Positions 50,142 to 62,311 of a stretch of 64,000 nt of DNA are shown here, one piece after another. Made by a program: the position numbers and the translations under genes. The notes under the pieces are model-generated. The model made no database searches. It was not told the origin of the DNA and worked only from the letters and a program-made list of their open reading frames with translations. This DNA is from Lophium mytilinum (lineage: Eukaryota): contig MU004200.1 of the NCBI GenBank assembly GCA_010093605.1, forward strand, positions 434,001 to 498,000, in the 5' to 3' direction. The stretch's first letter is position 1, and every line of letters starts with the position of its first letter.

Positions 50142-51436
50142 ATGTGGACCGACAGGTTACTTGCCTCTTTGGGACATGGTCGCTCCACCACGGCCACACC
50201 AAACGCTGCACCATGTTCGGAAAGCTTGCGCAACACTCCTATACAGCCGCAGATTAGTACTAATCTCGATGCGGAGGCTATGGAAGCAAACGATGATGTT
50301 CTGGATTTTGGTAAGCTGCTGGTCCCGCATATTTCGAAGCATTACGTCAGCCATGATATTTACGAGAAAGTAGATAACTCACTTGCCGAAGACTTTTCCT
50401 CGGAAGCCCCGAAAACCGATGAAATCCAGATCACAAATGCAAGGGCTGAGACGATAGCCGATTCACCCCGCCAGAACCGTACACACCGAGCTGATCTGGA
50501 TGCGGGTCCGGACTCCAACCCTGCCAACTGTGCCGTGCCAATAGAAGGTGGTACAAAACATCGAAAGCGCCGCGTTGTTCTGAAGTTTGCTTTCCTCCAT
50601 CGCACGTACAGAAAGATTGTCGATCGTGCGAAGCGGAAACTGTCTTCGTCAAAGGCACAGCCGGATGTAAGATCACCATTCCAAAATTTCCCCTCGCGTG
50701 AAGCTTATTTGAGGTGGCTGGTAGCGATTCATCGAGGACTTCTCTCGCACGATTGAAGTATGTTTTCGCGTGAACGATATAGATACCATCTTCGCTGGAC
50801 GAGCGCTGTTCGATTCGGGAAGCCCATACAACTTCATCTCGCCAGCATTTGCGCAGCTATATGGCCTCAGCTTCGATTCTGAGGGCGCAATGGATACGCT
50901 TCGACTTCCTGGGAATAATGTGTTCCGGTCTGTCGCAGAGCTGAAAGGACGCTGGGCCGTCAAAGATAAGCATGTGGCAGATCGCAAGCTATACTTCGAC
51001 AATAAGTTTATGCCCACGACGTTCTATGTATCAGAAGCGGATGGAGAGCCTTTCGATGTGGTCATTGGATCAGAAACAATCCTTGCCGAGGATCTGATGG
51101 GGTTCAAGCACAGATCTGGTTTTGCGGGCTTCGGACGACGGAGACGGCCAGCCTTCGTAGACGGTAAGCTTAAGCTACAGGGCCGGCTTGATGTATGCTG
51201 ACACTGAATAGAGTCCAATATCGGAGCCGCTACGGCGAGGCAACGAGAGAATATGGCTAATAATTCTGCCGATAAAGAAGCTCATGAGGCCGCCTTAGCC
51301 GAAAGAAGACGGCAGATGGTTTGTGACGTACTGTCTCATCTGGCAATACAAGACTAATATGTATTAGGAAGAAGCAGCGGCGGCGGCACAGCGCACGAGA
51401 TCCCAGGCTTCTGCTGAAGCAGAGCGTCGTAACTAG
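50142..51436 (+). CDS. Stand-alone retropepsin-like aspartic protease with disordered N-terminus and C-terminal coiled coil (~379 aa)
   Basis: GRALFDSGSPYNFISPAFA (catalytic D at 50812) and FYV...PFDVVIGSETI (retropepsin D-x-x-I/L-G motif). Frame-preserving introns at 50667-50724, 51164-51211 and 51319-51367. The first intron has a weak branch site and the start codon is uncertain. Confidence 0.75.
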
Positions 51437-52323
51437 AAGCGTTTGACTTCTAACAGGCTGTATGACGATACTAGGTTCGTGAATATGCGTCTCATGTGTC
51501 GCCATTGACAACACCCATCATATATTACTATGATTGTTCGCGGATAGACAGCATCTTCCACTAAATGGGCTTCGAATACGATGACCTAGTGTTCTTTACG
51601 GGATTTTTGACTAAGATCATCAGGTCGCCACACTGTGGTCTGGATTTTTATGGCGCAGGAGGAAACTTTGCAATCCGGCTTCTCATGCATGCAGTGGAGT
51701 GTACGGCTCCCAAAATGTTGGTTCTGTGTATGTCTTCCCGGGACAGCGACTTCCTTTCTGCAGAACGCAGCGTTCTTATACCACACAGGTCGTGTTATAG
51801 CAAATCTGATTTTTTTCACCCCTCGGACATATAGACATGCTCCCAACGACTGTACTTGAGAAATAAGGAATTAATAATCGGGTTTTGATGTGATGACGTT
51901 TTCTTTGACATGAATAGTAATTGGCTTATCACTGACATCGTTTTTTCAACACCTCTTTTTGCGATTACAGCTAGAGTATGGGACCGAACGTGATTGAGAC
52001 CGCAGCAATATGACTTTATATCCTCTCTTTCTTCATCACATGGTAATCTACGACACGTTTAGTGAGTAAGTGTACACTTCGACGATGCCTGATTGACTAT
52101 CGCAGAATCTTATCTCCATTCCTAGTGTACTGAATTCTTTTAACATGTAACAAGAGACGGGCCATAGACTGCATGTAGCATTTAGTGAAACGTTCGCACG
52201 ACAGCGGAAAAATGAAGGAATCCGTGAAGCAAGGATGATAGATTAAGTAGTATAGCGAGTCGACTGAATGGTTTACGGTTCGAGTACCGCACAGAATGAG
52301 GTTCCGACCTTCCTCCGACACAT

Positions 52324-53368
52324 TCAAAAAGCCGCGCTGTTATGAGACACGCTATTACTGGAGCCAACAAAGACCACCATGACAGCGGAGAATCTGAGAA
52401 ACGTTAGCAACCTGACGAAATGGGCTTGGCGCAGAGTCATACGCGGCAGTGGCAGTAAACACCTCCGAACGTGTCGCCGTGGTAAAGACGGAGAGGGAGC
52501 AGGAGATGATAAGACAAAAGGCGGCTATTATGGCCAGTCTTGCTTTCATGGCCTGGACGTAGTAGAGAACCGCGATAGATGCGACAGGTAGCAAAGATGC
52601 AACCAGGGTAGCAATGCAGTAAGTGATCCGAAACACAGTACTGTCCTTGTACCCAACCACCCCAAGAACTCTCGATGGCTTCTTGAAACGTGCCAATCCG
52701 CAACGAAACAGCCACATAGTCACCTTTTTGGTCAAAAAATTTGAGAACCAATCTTCCTTGTGTCGAGGTCGAAGAGCTACTAGATCAGGGGAGTGTGACT
52801 TTCGGTCCGCGATTGAACCCCAAGTACATGCATCGTCTCCTATCAGGTTCAGCGGACCCATTTCATCCGTTGCAAGGTAGTGCTGGATGTCATTCAAGTC
52901 CCATTTGCTTGGTTCCGGCATGCTATGAATCAATGATTGTTGAATTACGGCATCGTCTACAATGGAGTCAATATCACCGGCATTATCGCTCCAAAAAGCA
53001 AAAAACTCACTATACTGCTTGAGCTTCAAGCTGATCTCTCGAACAAGGCTCAATTGTTCTGATGCATCATTGTTACCAAGCTGGTCAGACTGAGAGAGCC
53101 AAAACCAGTCGAGTGCGTATCGTGACTTGCTATAATCCTTGTTATCCTCCGATTCGACTTTTCGAAGCTTTTTCTCCAGCCAAACAAGCTCAGCCTGAAG
53201 GTATAGTAGATTTTGAGCGTTCAAGGCACTAAATCGGCGAAATATAGCAATCTCTGGAAGCAAACCCATTTGGCCAGCAAGCTTGGGGTAGCCGGGTAAA
53301 AGTTCAGCAAGTGGAATAAAAGAAGAAGGGGCCGCCATAGTAAACGGGAGTAACAGTGGTGGGATCAT
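52324..53368 (-). CDS. DUF6594-type fungal membrane protein
   Basis: N-terminal GYPKLA...IFRRFSALNAQNLLYLQAEL..LEKKL, central DLVAL, and C-terminal hydrophobic helices ending RSEVFTATAAFSAVMVVFVGS. Introns at 52957-53010 and 52394-52442. Start at 53368 or 53338. Confidence 0.82.
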
Positions 53369-54122
53369 GGCACGGCGACTCCAAGTTTAAGAAGGAAACA
53401 TGTGTAGTCAGGCTGTGCAAAGAGGCTCTACCGGGCGTATATAGATGGCATCCTCGCAAGGCTCTGAAGGTATGCAGCTCCCTGGCACATTGACGGGCTC
53501 TCTAGATGCATGAACCAATTGCCCTTGAGAAATGTATATTCTTGATACTCATCAAATTCGATGCGGCTATTTTCACGTGGAAACCTGTAGGTCACGTGCT
53601 GGTATACCCTTTTGGGGATGGACAAAGTGTTCTTTGTCAGAAATTACAGCGTCTTTGCAGGAGAGACTAGAATGTGGCGGTTGTATAAATGCAAAATGCC
53701 CCTGGAACCCTCTACCTCCTCTACGAGCAACGCTGTCACGTGTCAGGCTACACGTTGGCGGTGGTAATCCAGGCGGGTCAGGGTGGCTGCAGGTGGTGAT
53801 CACGCCGAAGGACTGAAAGCTGCCTGCCAGCCGCTCTTACGACTGAATGGGACGGAGGAGGGTAGGTCATTGGAGGAAGTTGGCCTCCATACCTGCAGCC
53901 AAGAAGATCAAGAAAGTCTGCAGTATGCCCCGTGGAGCGGTTGGGCCAATTGCAGCAAGAGGCCATCACATCGCAGAATGTCTGCCTGACGCACCAAGGC
54001 TGGCCAGCAGCGCTGCCTGATGTCCACGGAGGTTGGCCATGCAGGACTTGTGCAGGTGGCTTTCTAGGAAATACGGGACTGGAGCTCCATTGGATCGAGG
54101 TCCTTGATCCAAAGCTGTCTTT

Positions 54123-54212
54123 TTCAAGGATCAAAAGCCATTCCAACGATAACCACGAGAAGCGCCTAGGGTAGTTCAAGGATCAAAAGCCATTCCAACG
54201 ATAACCACGAGA
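54123..54212 (+). repeat. 38-bp perfect direct repeat (period 52)
   Basis: TTCAAGGATCAAAAGCCATTCCAACGATAACCACGAGA at 54123-54160 and 54175-54212. Confidence 0.95.
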
Positions 54213-55759
54213 TGCGTCCAGAGGCTGTACGAAGTAACCACTAGTCACGATCTTGCGGGCAATTTCAGCCTTCAACAATGAACGGCCACCCAGGCTCCTT
54301 ACAGCTAAGTGTAGTGGAGACTTCTCACCGGATAGCACATTTTAAAGCTACTCTACGAGCTGCGCAGTGCCGCAAATTACTGTTGCATCTAACATAGTTG
54401 CCGCAGGGAAGATACCTTTGTATGCTTGCGCGCTGACAAGCTGGTATCAGTCACAACATGCCCTCAAGTGGTATGAGCCGTATGAAAACCAAGCTCGCTC
54501 CGGATCATCCAGGGCGTTATGCTTGACTTTGGGGCGGACTTGTCAAGTCCAAGACGGCCTCCTTTTCGCCGTTCAGTTGCTAGTGGCCATCGAGTCGAGC
54601 GACCCCATGAACTGTGGGCAGTGAGCCTGCTTCTCATCCAGTATACCAGGGGATCCACGCAGGCCATTCCGGTGTTGGCCAGGGCGCTAAAGGTGGGAAA
54701 GTGGGCGAGGTGCGACGTGTCTCGCGTGAAGCAACCTGGCACCCTGGCAGATCCCAAAAAGAAAGAAAACTGCATGCTAGCCTTGGTAAGCCGTGCTCTG
54801 CGGGGAGTGATCCTAACAGACGGATACCGCAGCCGTTTGTGCACCCTAAACATGGGCAAGTGCCCTTTTTCTGCCAGACGCCACTGACAGGGGGAAGCTT
54901 ACATGATCGTGGCGAATGCATAAGATTTTATGAATATTACCGTCCGAAACTGCAGATCGAGGTCATCGAAAGCGGTGACAGGGGCTTTGTGCCAATTGCA
55001 GGTGGGGAGCCACCAGATGGTCCGTGACAGCACGTACGGTATTGTATCGGAGGCTATCTAACCTCTAGATCCGTGCTGCACGTACGGTCTTAATACAGCA
55101 AGGGAGTGACAGATTGGCATACCGACGACTCCTCTGAGCCTAGGTTCTGCGCTTGCACCCAACCCTTGTATGCGGTGCGGTATCCGTCTAACACGTCCTC
55201 ACGCCCTCACAATGATCCCGTATTATTGGATGGCGTCAAAGCCACCCGGCAATACTAGCTCGGATCTGCTGGTCAACCGTCTGAAAAGCGGGATGAAGGA
55301 GACGGTCGGGCCCGCTGCAGGAAGACTTGGCAAGGAAGGCGAACATACGCCCAATTCAGGCGACGACTTGACGAGGCCTGGATGGCTGGTCCCTGTTGGC
55401 TGGATAATCGGAGAGGGCGTTTTCTGCACAGCGGCGCAGGCCTCTCAGTGCTGGGTTGCCTACTGAACGCCCGATTCAGGCGATGACTGGGACCGGTGTC
55501 TGTGATTCTGTGATGATTGGATTCTCTGAAATCGTAACGTTTTCGACAACGTATTACTGGAGGTAGTGTCCGCTGCTTGTGACTATGACGGCTGCTGCCA
55601 CGAGTCGGTTCGAGGTACCCATGCTTCAAGGTCTCCTGGCTTCTCGGCAGTCTTCTACTCCGCTTGGAATTGCGCACTCCGCACTTCTGCACTCACCCGT
55701 CCCCAAGCCTTAAAGATACTATTGTCCTTCCCGTAGCTCGTCCTGTGAAGAGCCGAAGC

Positions 55760-56234
55760 ATGACACTATGTCTGAGCGTCCCACTGCCGAAGGTTCCATG
55801 GAGATTCAAAGTGAGTAGTCCCCTGCGTTCTCGTGCGTCCTGCTACCGACTTCAACAAGCCTGACTCTTCACAGCGGAAACGTACCGCAACACCAACGAC
55901 GACGGTCGAGATCCTTGCCGAACGAAACAAATCAAAATACGAATGGCACATCGCTCGCATGTCCTATAACTCCGCGACTAACGCCAACTTCATCGCCCCG
56001 AGACTCCTCAGAGAAGTCCTTCATATAACCATACACCCTTTCGATAAGGAGTCCAGCATGGGACACTACAATGAAGAAGGCATTGAAATTCAGGGATACG
56101 TCGATCTGATCTGGTGTTTCCGGACCTCACGCAAGGTCTTTGAGCCCACACGGTTCTTCGTGACAGCTGTATATAACCCGCCTTTTGATTTAGTGCTGGG
56201 ACAAAGGGATTGCAAAAGGGCTGGGATCCCGTGA
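55760..56234 (+). CDS. Small retropepsin-like protein with degenerate catalytic motif (putative pseudoprotease, ~136 aa)
   Basis: Exon 1 MTLCLSVPLPKVPWRFK, then a phase-0 intron at 55811-55874 (GTGAGT...CTGAC...CAG). Exon 2 has ARMSYNSATNANFIAPRLL and FFVTAVYNPPFDLVLGQRDC, which align to the motifs of the 50142 protein. Confidence 0.68.
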
Positions 56235-56978
56235 GACGTCCTTTGCAGTGGTTTGGCATTTTGAATTTCGGAGTTTCGGCATGACTCAAAGGCTCAAGTC
56301 TACCACCTAGTCAGAGAATCGGCGGTTCCCTTCTAACGACGCTTACGAAATTCTCATCCAATTCTGGTATACTAAGTTGTCAAAGAGAAATGTTCCTAGA
56401 CATAAATGAGTTGAAAGACTCTCTTAACGAGACAACACGAGTGCAGCAGATTTGTGGCATGAACTCACTGAAACCTCCCGTATCCTGCAGTTGTTCGTTT
56501 CGCACATGAAGTTATGTGCCGTTGATGAGATTCTGCAGTCAAACGCTTGGGTTCGCTGATAGCATCCAAATGTTCATACGGGCAGAGAAATGATACCCCC
56601 GCAAGCAAGAACGCCACCAATATATTCTCTCCGCATTTGGGATGCCCCGCAGAGAGCCGCAAAGCAGGAAGCTAAACGGCATTCGGTCCCCGCCAGGGCA
56701 TCTGAGCAGAATTCGTGGGACACTTTCAAACGGCCCATCCATGCAGCAACATCAATAGTAACCTCACCACAGCAGAATTTAAACATGTTGCGAGTTGCTG
56801 AGTGAGCTTGAATGCCATTTTTCTTTAAATTAACTAGCCCTTAGCAAAGGAATCAAACGTTATCCACTAGCCTCATTGCACCGATACCGTCTCCTTCGAG
56901 TTGTTTCAAGGAGGTCAGTTATTCCCATCGCGTGCTGGATCGAGGGTCTACGAGGAAGCTGCCTTCTTCATCAATACA

Positions 56979-57474
56979 TCAGTCAACCATGTCCAAAAGC
57001 TCTCTCCATAGCGAGAGTAGCCTCTTCCACTTAAGATGCCGCAAATTTTTCAAAACCGACGTCTTATGCTCCGCCAATGATGACCGCACGGCCAGTTTTT
57101 CATTATCGAGACAATTCTCCGAAGCTTGTTTGGCAGATGGTGAGTTGATGTGGGAGAGAGGTGGCATTCGTTGTTGGTTCGGATTGTCGAGATCGATAGC
57201 GTTGAGTCGAACGGTTGGCACCATCGCTTCGTCTTTGGCAATCCATATCTGAATTGGCGTCAAAGTACTAAACCATCCAATAATCCAGGAGAGATCTAAA
57301 TTACTCGAAGCCCAAGGCTCTCTACCAGCAGTGCCATCATATTCACGATCCAAGCTGACGCCGGTGTAATGCCACGCACACAACGTCTCACCACACCTCA
57401 ACCCTAGTTCAAACGCACTCAATTAAGCTATGCCAGTCCCGCTCCATTATATACGTGTCTTGGCTGGAGCCCAT
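56979..57474 (-). pseudogene. Possible decayed class I SAM-dependent methyltransferase remnant
   Basis: DTYIMERDWHS..L, IQIWI...PTVRLNAIDLD and VLKNLRHLK loosely resemble motifs of small fungal methyltransferases, but the glycine-rich SAM motif is missing. Possible intron at 57355-57418. Confidence 0.25.
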
Positions 57475-57886
57475 TTCCAATGCTCGCGTTCCAACATATA
57501 CATTAGCTGTATTGCCATCTCCAATAGCCACGTTTCCAATCCAACCGCATTCGGAAACCCCTCGATCCTCTATGGGGACCCAGCCCCCCTCATCTGCCTC
57601 CAGAGGGCCATGCTGAGAATCTATATACAGTAGCAACCAAGCCAAAATGCGCTGCGCAAGAACGTATCTTTGCGCCGCGACCAACTCCTTCAAACGCCGA
57701 TGCAAAAACTAAACCGAAGCTATTAGATTAAAAGGGGTCCCAAGCTGCTGGTGTTCTGCCAGAGCTTGGGCGAAGAAAAGAAATGACGTGCCGCAACGTA
57801 GATACTTGCGGCGTGGGATGCTAGGTGCGTGAGAAGTGGATATCGCGGAATAGAGAATGGAAACCTCTAGCGGAACACAATACCCG

Positions 57887-60800
57887 TTATGGCCGTTTCT
57901 TCACGTGGCCGTCGGGCCCCACACCTTCCAGCATTACGTTCAACCTCGACAAGGAGAAAGATGAGTTCGAGAGATGCAAAACAACGAGCCAGGCACAGAG
58001 AATGTTGGCGATGTGGTGAAGGAGGTAGGCGTACGTCACACCGTACACTGCTGCGTAGACAGCAAGGGCGAAAAGAAGGACGTTGGTGAGGTATCGAATC
58101 CGCGCGGTTACTCTGGGAACCATCCTGCCGGTGCTGAGCGTCTCGACAAGGAGGATGAATGGCATGATGGAGAGTATATTGTGGTGGGAGGAGAATGGTG
58201 TCAACCAGTGGACTGCAAGATTCCGAATCCAGACCACAAGAACGGGGAGGTTGATTGGTAAAATCCAAAGCATGAGTACCAAGATTGAGTGTGTGTAGTT
58301 GTAGAAGTTGTAGTTAGTATCAGATAGCTGCAGATCAGATCAGTTTGAGTATGATTCCAAGTGTTGTGGAATGCATACCGTTTCTCTTACGAGTTTGTAG
58401 GCTCTCGTGCAAGTTGCGATTTGAACAATACAGAGCACCATGTAGGCAAAATGGTACGGGATGAAGGTCGAAACGAGTAAGAGAAGTACGCTTGTGGTAA
58501 TGACTCTTTGTTTTGTCGATGTTACGGCGAATGCCGTCGGCGTGCGTCTAAAATCATGTTAGTACAAAGCTTGGAGTCGGAGGTGAATTACTTGCCGACC
58601 ATCATCACCGCGAAGTGATGCAGAGTGGAAAAGTGAATAGACAACCGCAAACGCGTGTGTTACTCCAATGGCCACGTAGTTCACGGCGACGCAGATTCCA
58701 ACACACATTAAACCGAACAATGGTACGAGGAACCAGAAAAACGTATCTTGAGATCCAAGAAGTAGGTCATTCTTGGTGTAATCTACTGCGCTCGCGGACG
58801 CGTTCGTCCAACTGCCGGAAAGCCAACTATTGGTGTTTCTAGCGGGGTCCTGGCTCGATTTTGACAGTGACATCGCAAAGAATGTCAGAGCTATGAAAGA
58901 GACTGGCAGCGACGATCTCAAGCATAGATTGAGGCTTTCAGAGAAGCTCATGAAAATGGCTATCGCCAGTCAGCTTGCTTCAGGTAAAAGGGGGTAGTTA
59001 CTTACCAGTCTCGTCGTACACCTTAAATTGCTTGCGTAGAACGAGTGCCACCACGAGCAAGGGAAACGCAGCGAAGACTATACGGTACCGCATCCAAAGC
59101 TTTCCCATACTTCCAATAACGTCGATCCTGAGCGAGACGGTCATAGCGCTGTCGCACGTAGGATCTGACCAAATCTGCAGCCCGAGTCCATTCGACGAGT
59201 GTTTTGCTAAGAAAGGTGGTGGCATATACGGTGCTACGCCATGCAGGTTGATGTTGACCTCCTTCACATTGACGAAAAACTTCGACTCGTAGACTTCGGA
59301 AATGTACTGTCGTAGAAGCGGAGTGAATAGTTCAATGCTGTCGCAGGATTGCTTGCCAATTTTGAGGGTGTATGCCAACAAACTGGAGCCCAACGCTGGT
59401 ATCTTGATATCCATTACCATCGGACGTTGCGCAGGTAATTTTAGATCGAGTCCGGTGGCGAGGAGGCGTCGCAGACCGGTATTGACTCGTATGACAGACT
59501 CTGAACTTGCACTGAATTCGGCAAAGACCCAGCCAGGAATGTGCTCTCCGACTTTGTCGACCACTGCTACGAATTGGTGCTCTGCGAGATCTTCGAGGTC
59601 GTATTGTAGGTAAGTAAAGGGATGTGCGCTTTTGAATGGTTGGGTGGACTCTCGTGTGGACTCGGGAAGCGTTATGGCATCGGAAGCTGCGTTTTTGCAT
59701 GCTAGACGCGTAGACCCAGTACTATCACCAGAAAGGTCCATGTTCATTGAGAATAGAGTGGCTGATTGTCCGGCCTGAAGTGGGAATACGCTGCAGAAGA
59801 GAACTTCCAGTTTTCCGTTTTCTCCCGGAGCATCCAGCTGCTGATTTGTAAGAAGAGTAAACTTCCTCCCTTCTGGAGCGCCTTGGGGAGGAATCGGCAA
59901 TAGGTGGGCTTTTGGCTTCCTTGCTTGGCCAAGATTCCGCAAAACTAGTCGCTCCCCTTGCGAGCTGATGGCGTTTGAGTTATCTTCAAGCGTTAGGAGG
60001 GTTTTGGGTTCTACAGCTTGATTAGCGTTCCACGTGCGACTTTGTTAAACAGTGATACGTTACCTTTGTGTGGTAGCGTTTTTTCTGCAACGTCCTCTAA
60101 ACCAGTCAAGAACCATTTTTTGAAGCCACGCATGCGTTCCGCACGGGGAAGCGTTTGAGTTGGCCTCGAAACATCGATTACGTCGTATATTGATCGGACC
60201 ACACTCTTTCTAAACTGATCGCACCACGTAATAGCCAAGTGATCCATTCCTGTCCAAACGTTTGGGATTGACGCTGTGAAGACTGTGAAGCCGTGCGTAT
60301 CAGGAACGAGCGAGGCGATGCTTGCATAATCCGAAGGTACTATGGTATCCAGCCCTCCACCAGCTATGGAGATCAGCGTCACATGCCAGAGCGGATTGTC
60401 GATTGCCCATGTCTGCGAATATGCGTGTCTCCAATAATCGTTCACCCGCTTGTATGTCTTGACGATATCCCCGTCAAAGGATACTGGCGGCCTCGCATGC
60501 GGTGCGGACAAGGTGACAATGGTGTTAATCGAGTTCGACTGATAATTCGGCATGGTGAGCATTGTTCGTGCTACAATCCCGCCCATGGAATGTCCAATGA
60601 TGATGACCGAGCTCGGGTCTGGCAGGTCCGAGTCGCGCAACGACTTGGAGGGGCTGTGGTAAAGGGAGAGTATGAAGGAGATGGCGTCATTCAGGTATTC
60701 GGCCTGGTCAACCAGCGTCTGCCCATGGAAAGCTGTTATATCCTCATTGAAGTCCACGGAGAAGAAATCGAGGGCCCGTTTTCCGGCTCGCGAAGCGCCT

Positions 60801-61523
60801 TCATCATGGCGGAGCACGTTGTGGTAGTGGTAGGCAGCTTCGGCAGCGAGAGGCCGGACTTGCTTGTAGCTTCCTGCGTTGCCGGGGATAAAGAGGACTG
60901 GAACTCCCTTGACCTGGGATCGTTAGCAAAAGCGGGTCTGGCAGCGCTCGGAGACGTACCCGTATATCTTCGTCAATCCCGCCCTCTCGATACAGATAGA
61001 GCGAGTATTTGCTGGCAAATCGCGTGTGCTCCGTGTCAAAATCCGAGAAGCGGAAGAAGGAGGGTCGCATGTAGGACATTTCGCATCCCTTGGGGTCCAA
61101 TTGCCTGAAGATGAAAGACTGGCCGACGATGAAGAGCATTATGAAGGCGACAGCCGTGGTCGCGAGGGTCAGCAGCGAGCAAGACCACGGGTTCCGCATT
61201 CGCAGTCGGCGGCGGTTGTGGCCCTCGACCATACTGTCCGGAGTGATGTCCTTTGCCAGCAGCGGCATGGCGAGGGGGTCTTTCTCCGTCTGGGGACTCG
61301 GGGATGGCGAAGAAGTCCAGATATGAGGCTTTGCGCGGGGCGCGGCTGCATGTTCCTTCCGTCTGTCCTTGGTCTGGCCGTCTCTTCGCAGCGCGTGTGC
61401 AGATTCTCCTAGCCGCTCGACGGTCTTATCGCCATAGCCGGGAACGGGGGCGCGGGCGACAGCAGGGCGCTGGAGGGCGTCGTCGTCCTCGTCGGAAGTC
61501 GAGCCTGAGGGCCGTCTCCTCAT
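57887..61523 (-). CDS. BST1: GPI inositol-deacylase (PGAP1 family)
   Basis: Motifs GCEMSYMRP, SKYSLYLYREGG, LFIPGNAGSYKQVR, lipase motif IIGHSMGGIVAR and DHLAITWCDQ, plus multiple C-terminal TM segments. Several introns, including 60914-60959. Confidence 0.95.
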
Positions 61524-62311
61524 TTAATCCGGCGCGGTCGCTGGGCAATCGCGCGCGGCTCTGCGGGACTGGCTTCGTCGTGGGTGCGAGGCGTCGCTGT
61601 CGGTGTCAAAGTGGGCGGCAGAAGAAGCTTGGAAAGCTTCGCAGTGGTTGAAGGCCGCCAAGGAAACGGAACGAGCGTCGGCTGGCGCAGAGCCACAACG
61701 AGTGACGTGCAGACGGGCTAGCAGCGACAGGATGCACGGCCGCAGGCAGGAGGATGGCAGTGTCGCGGGGGCATGGAGAGGAGAGGGGAGGAGAGGAGGC
61801 GGCGGGCAGCAGTCCGGACGAGGCGAGGATGCGGTATTTGGGTGCGATGCAGTTGATTGCGCCAGCAACAGTGGTGTCGTCTTTGGAGCTGGTGGTTTGA
61901 GGCGGCGGCATGCACGACAAGGCTGGGATAAAAGCGCCCGGGTTCGCAAATGACGACGCTGCACGCGCAAGACGCCGAGATGGTGCAGAGGACTCGGCTA
62001 GGCTGAGCAAGAGGCAGACTCGGGATAGCTATTTTGGTGTGGACATTATTGAACACCTTCGTCGCATCCTCCTGCCATCTGTCCCCGGCTTCCTCCCCGG
62101 CTTCACGGTGACCTAGAAGCCGCTGCACACGCGAGCGCCATGCACCATCATGGCGACGGCTGCTATTTTTGACGCTGCAAGGCCCGGTGCCGCCAGAGGA
62201 TGCTTGCCAGGCACGCTGCATTCATTCGCACTGCTAATCCACACCTCCTTGCCCGTGACTCCGCCAGCTTCCGTCCCGTCTCTCCCGAGAGCAGCCCCGT
62301 GGCCCTCTCCT

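Noticed and set aside
50770..51201. Retrotransposon pol fragment
   Set aside because: No RT, RNase H, integrase or LTRs are adjacent, and the domain is embedded in a spliced gene.
53430..55700. Many short ORFs between DUF6594 and the pseudoprotease
   Set aside because: I could not assemble a consistent exon chain or find a recognisable domain.
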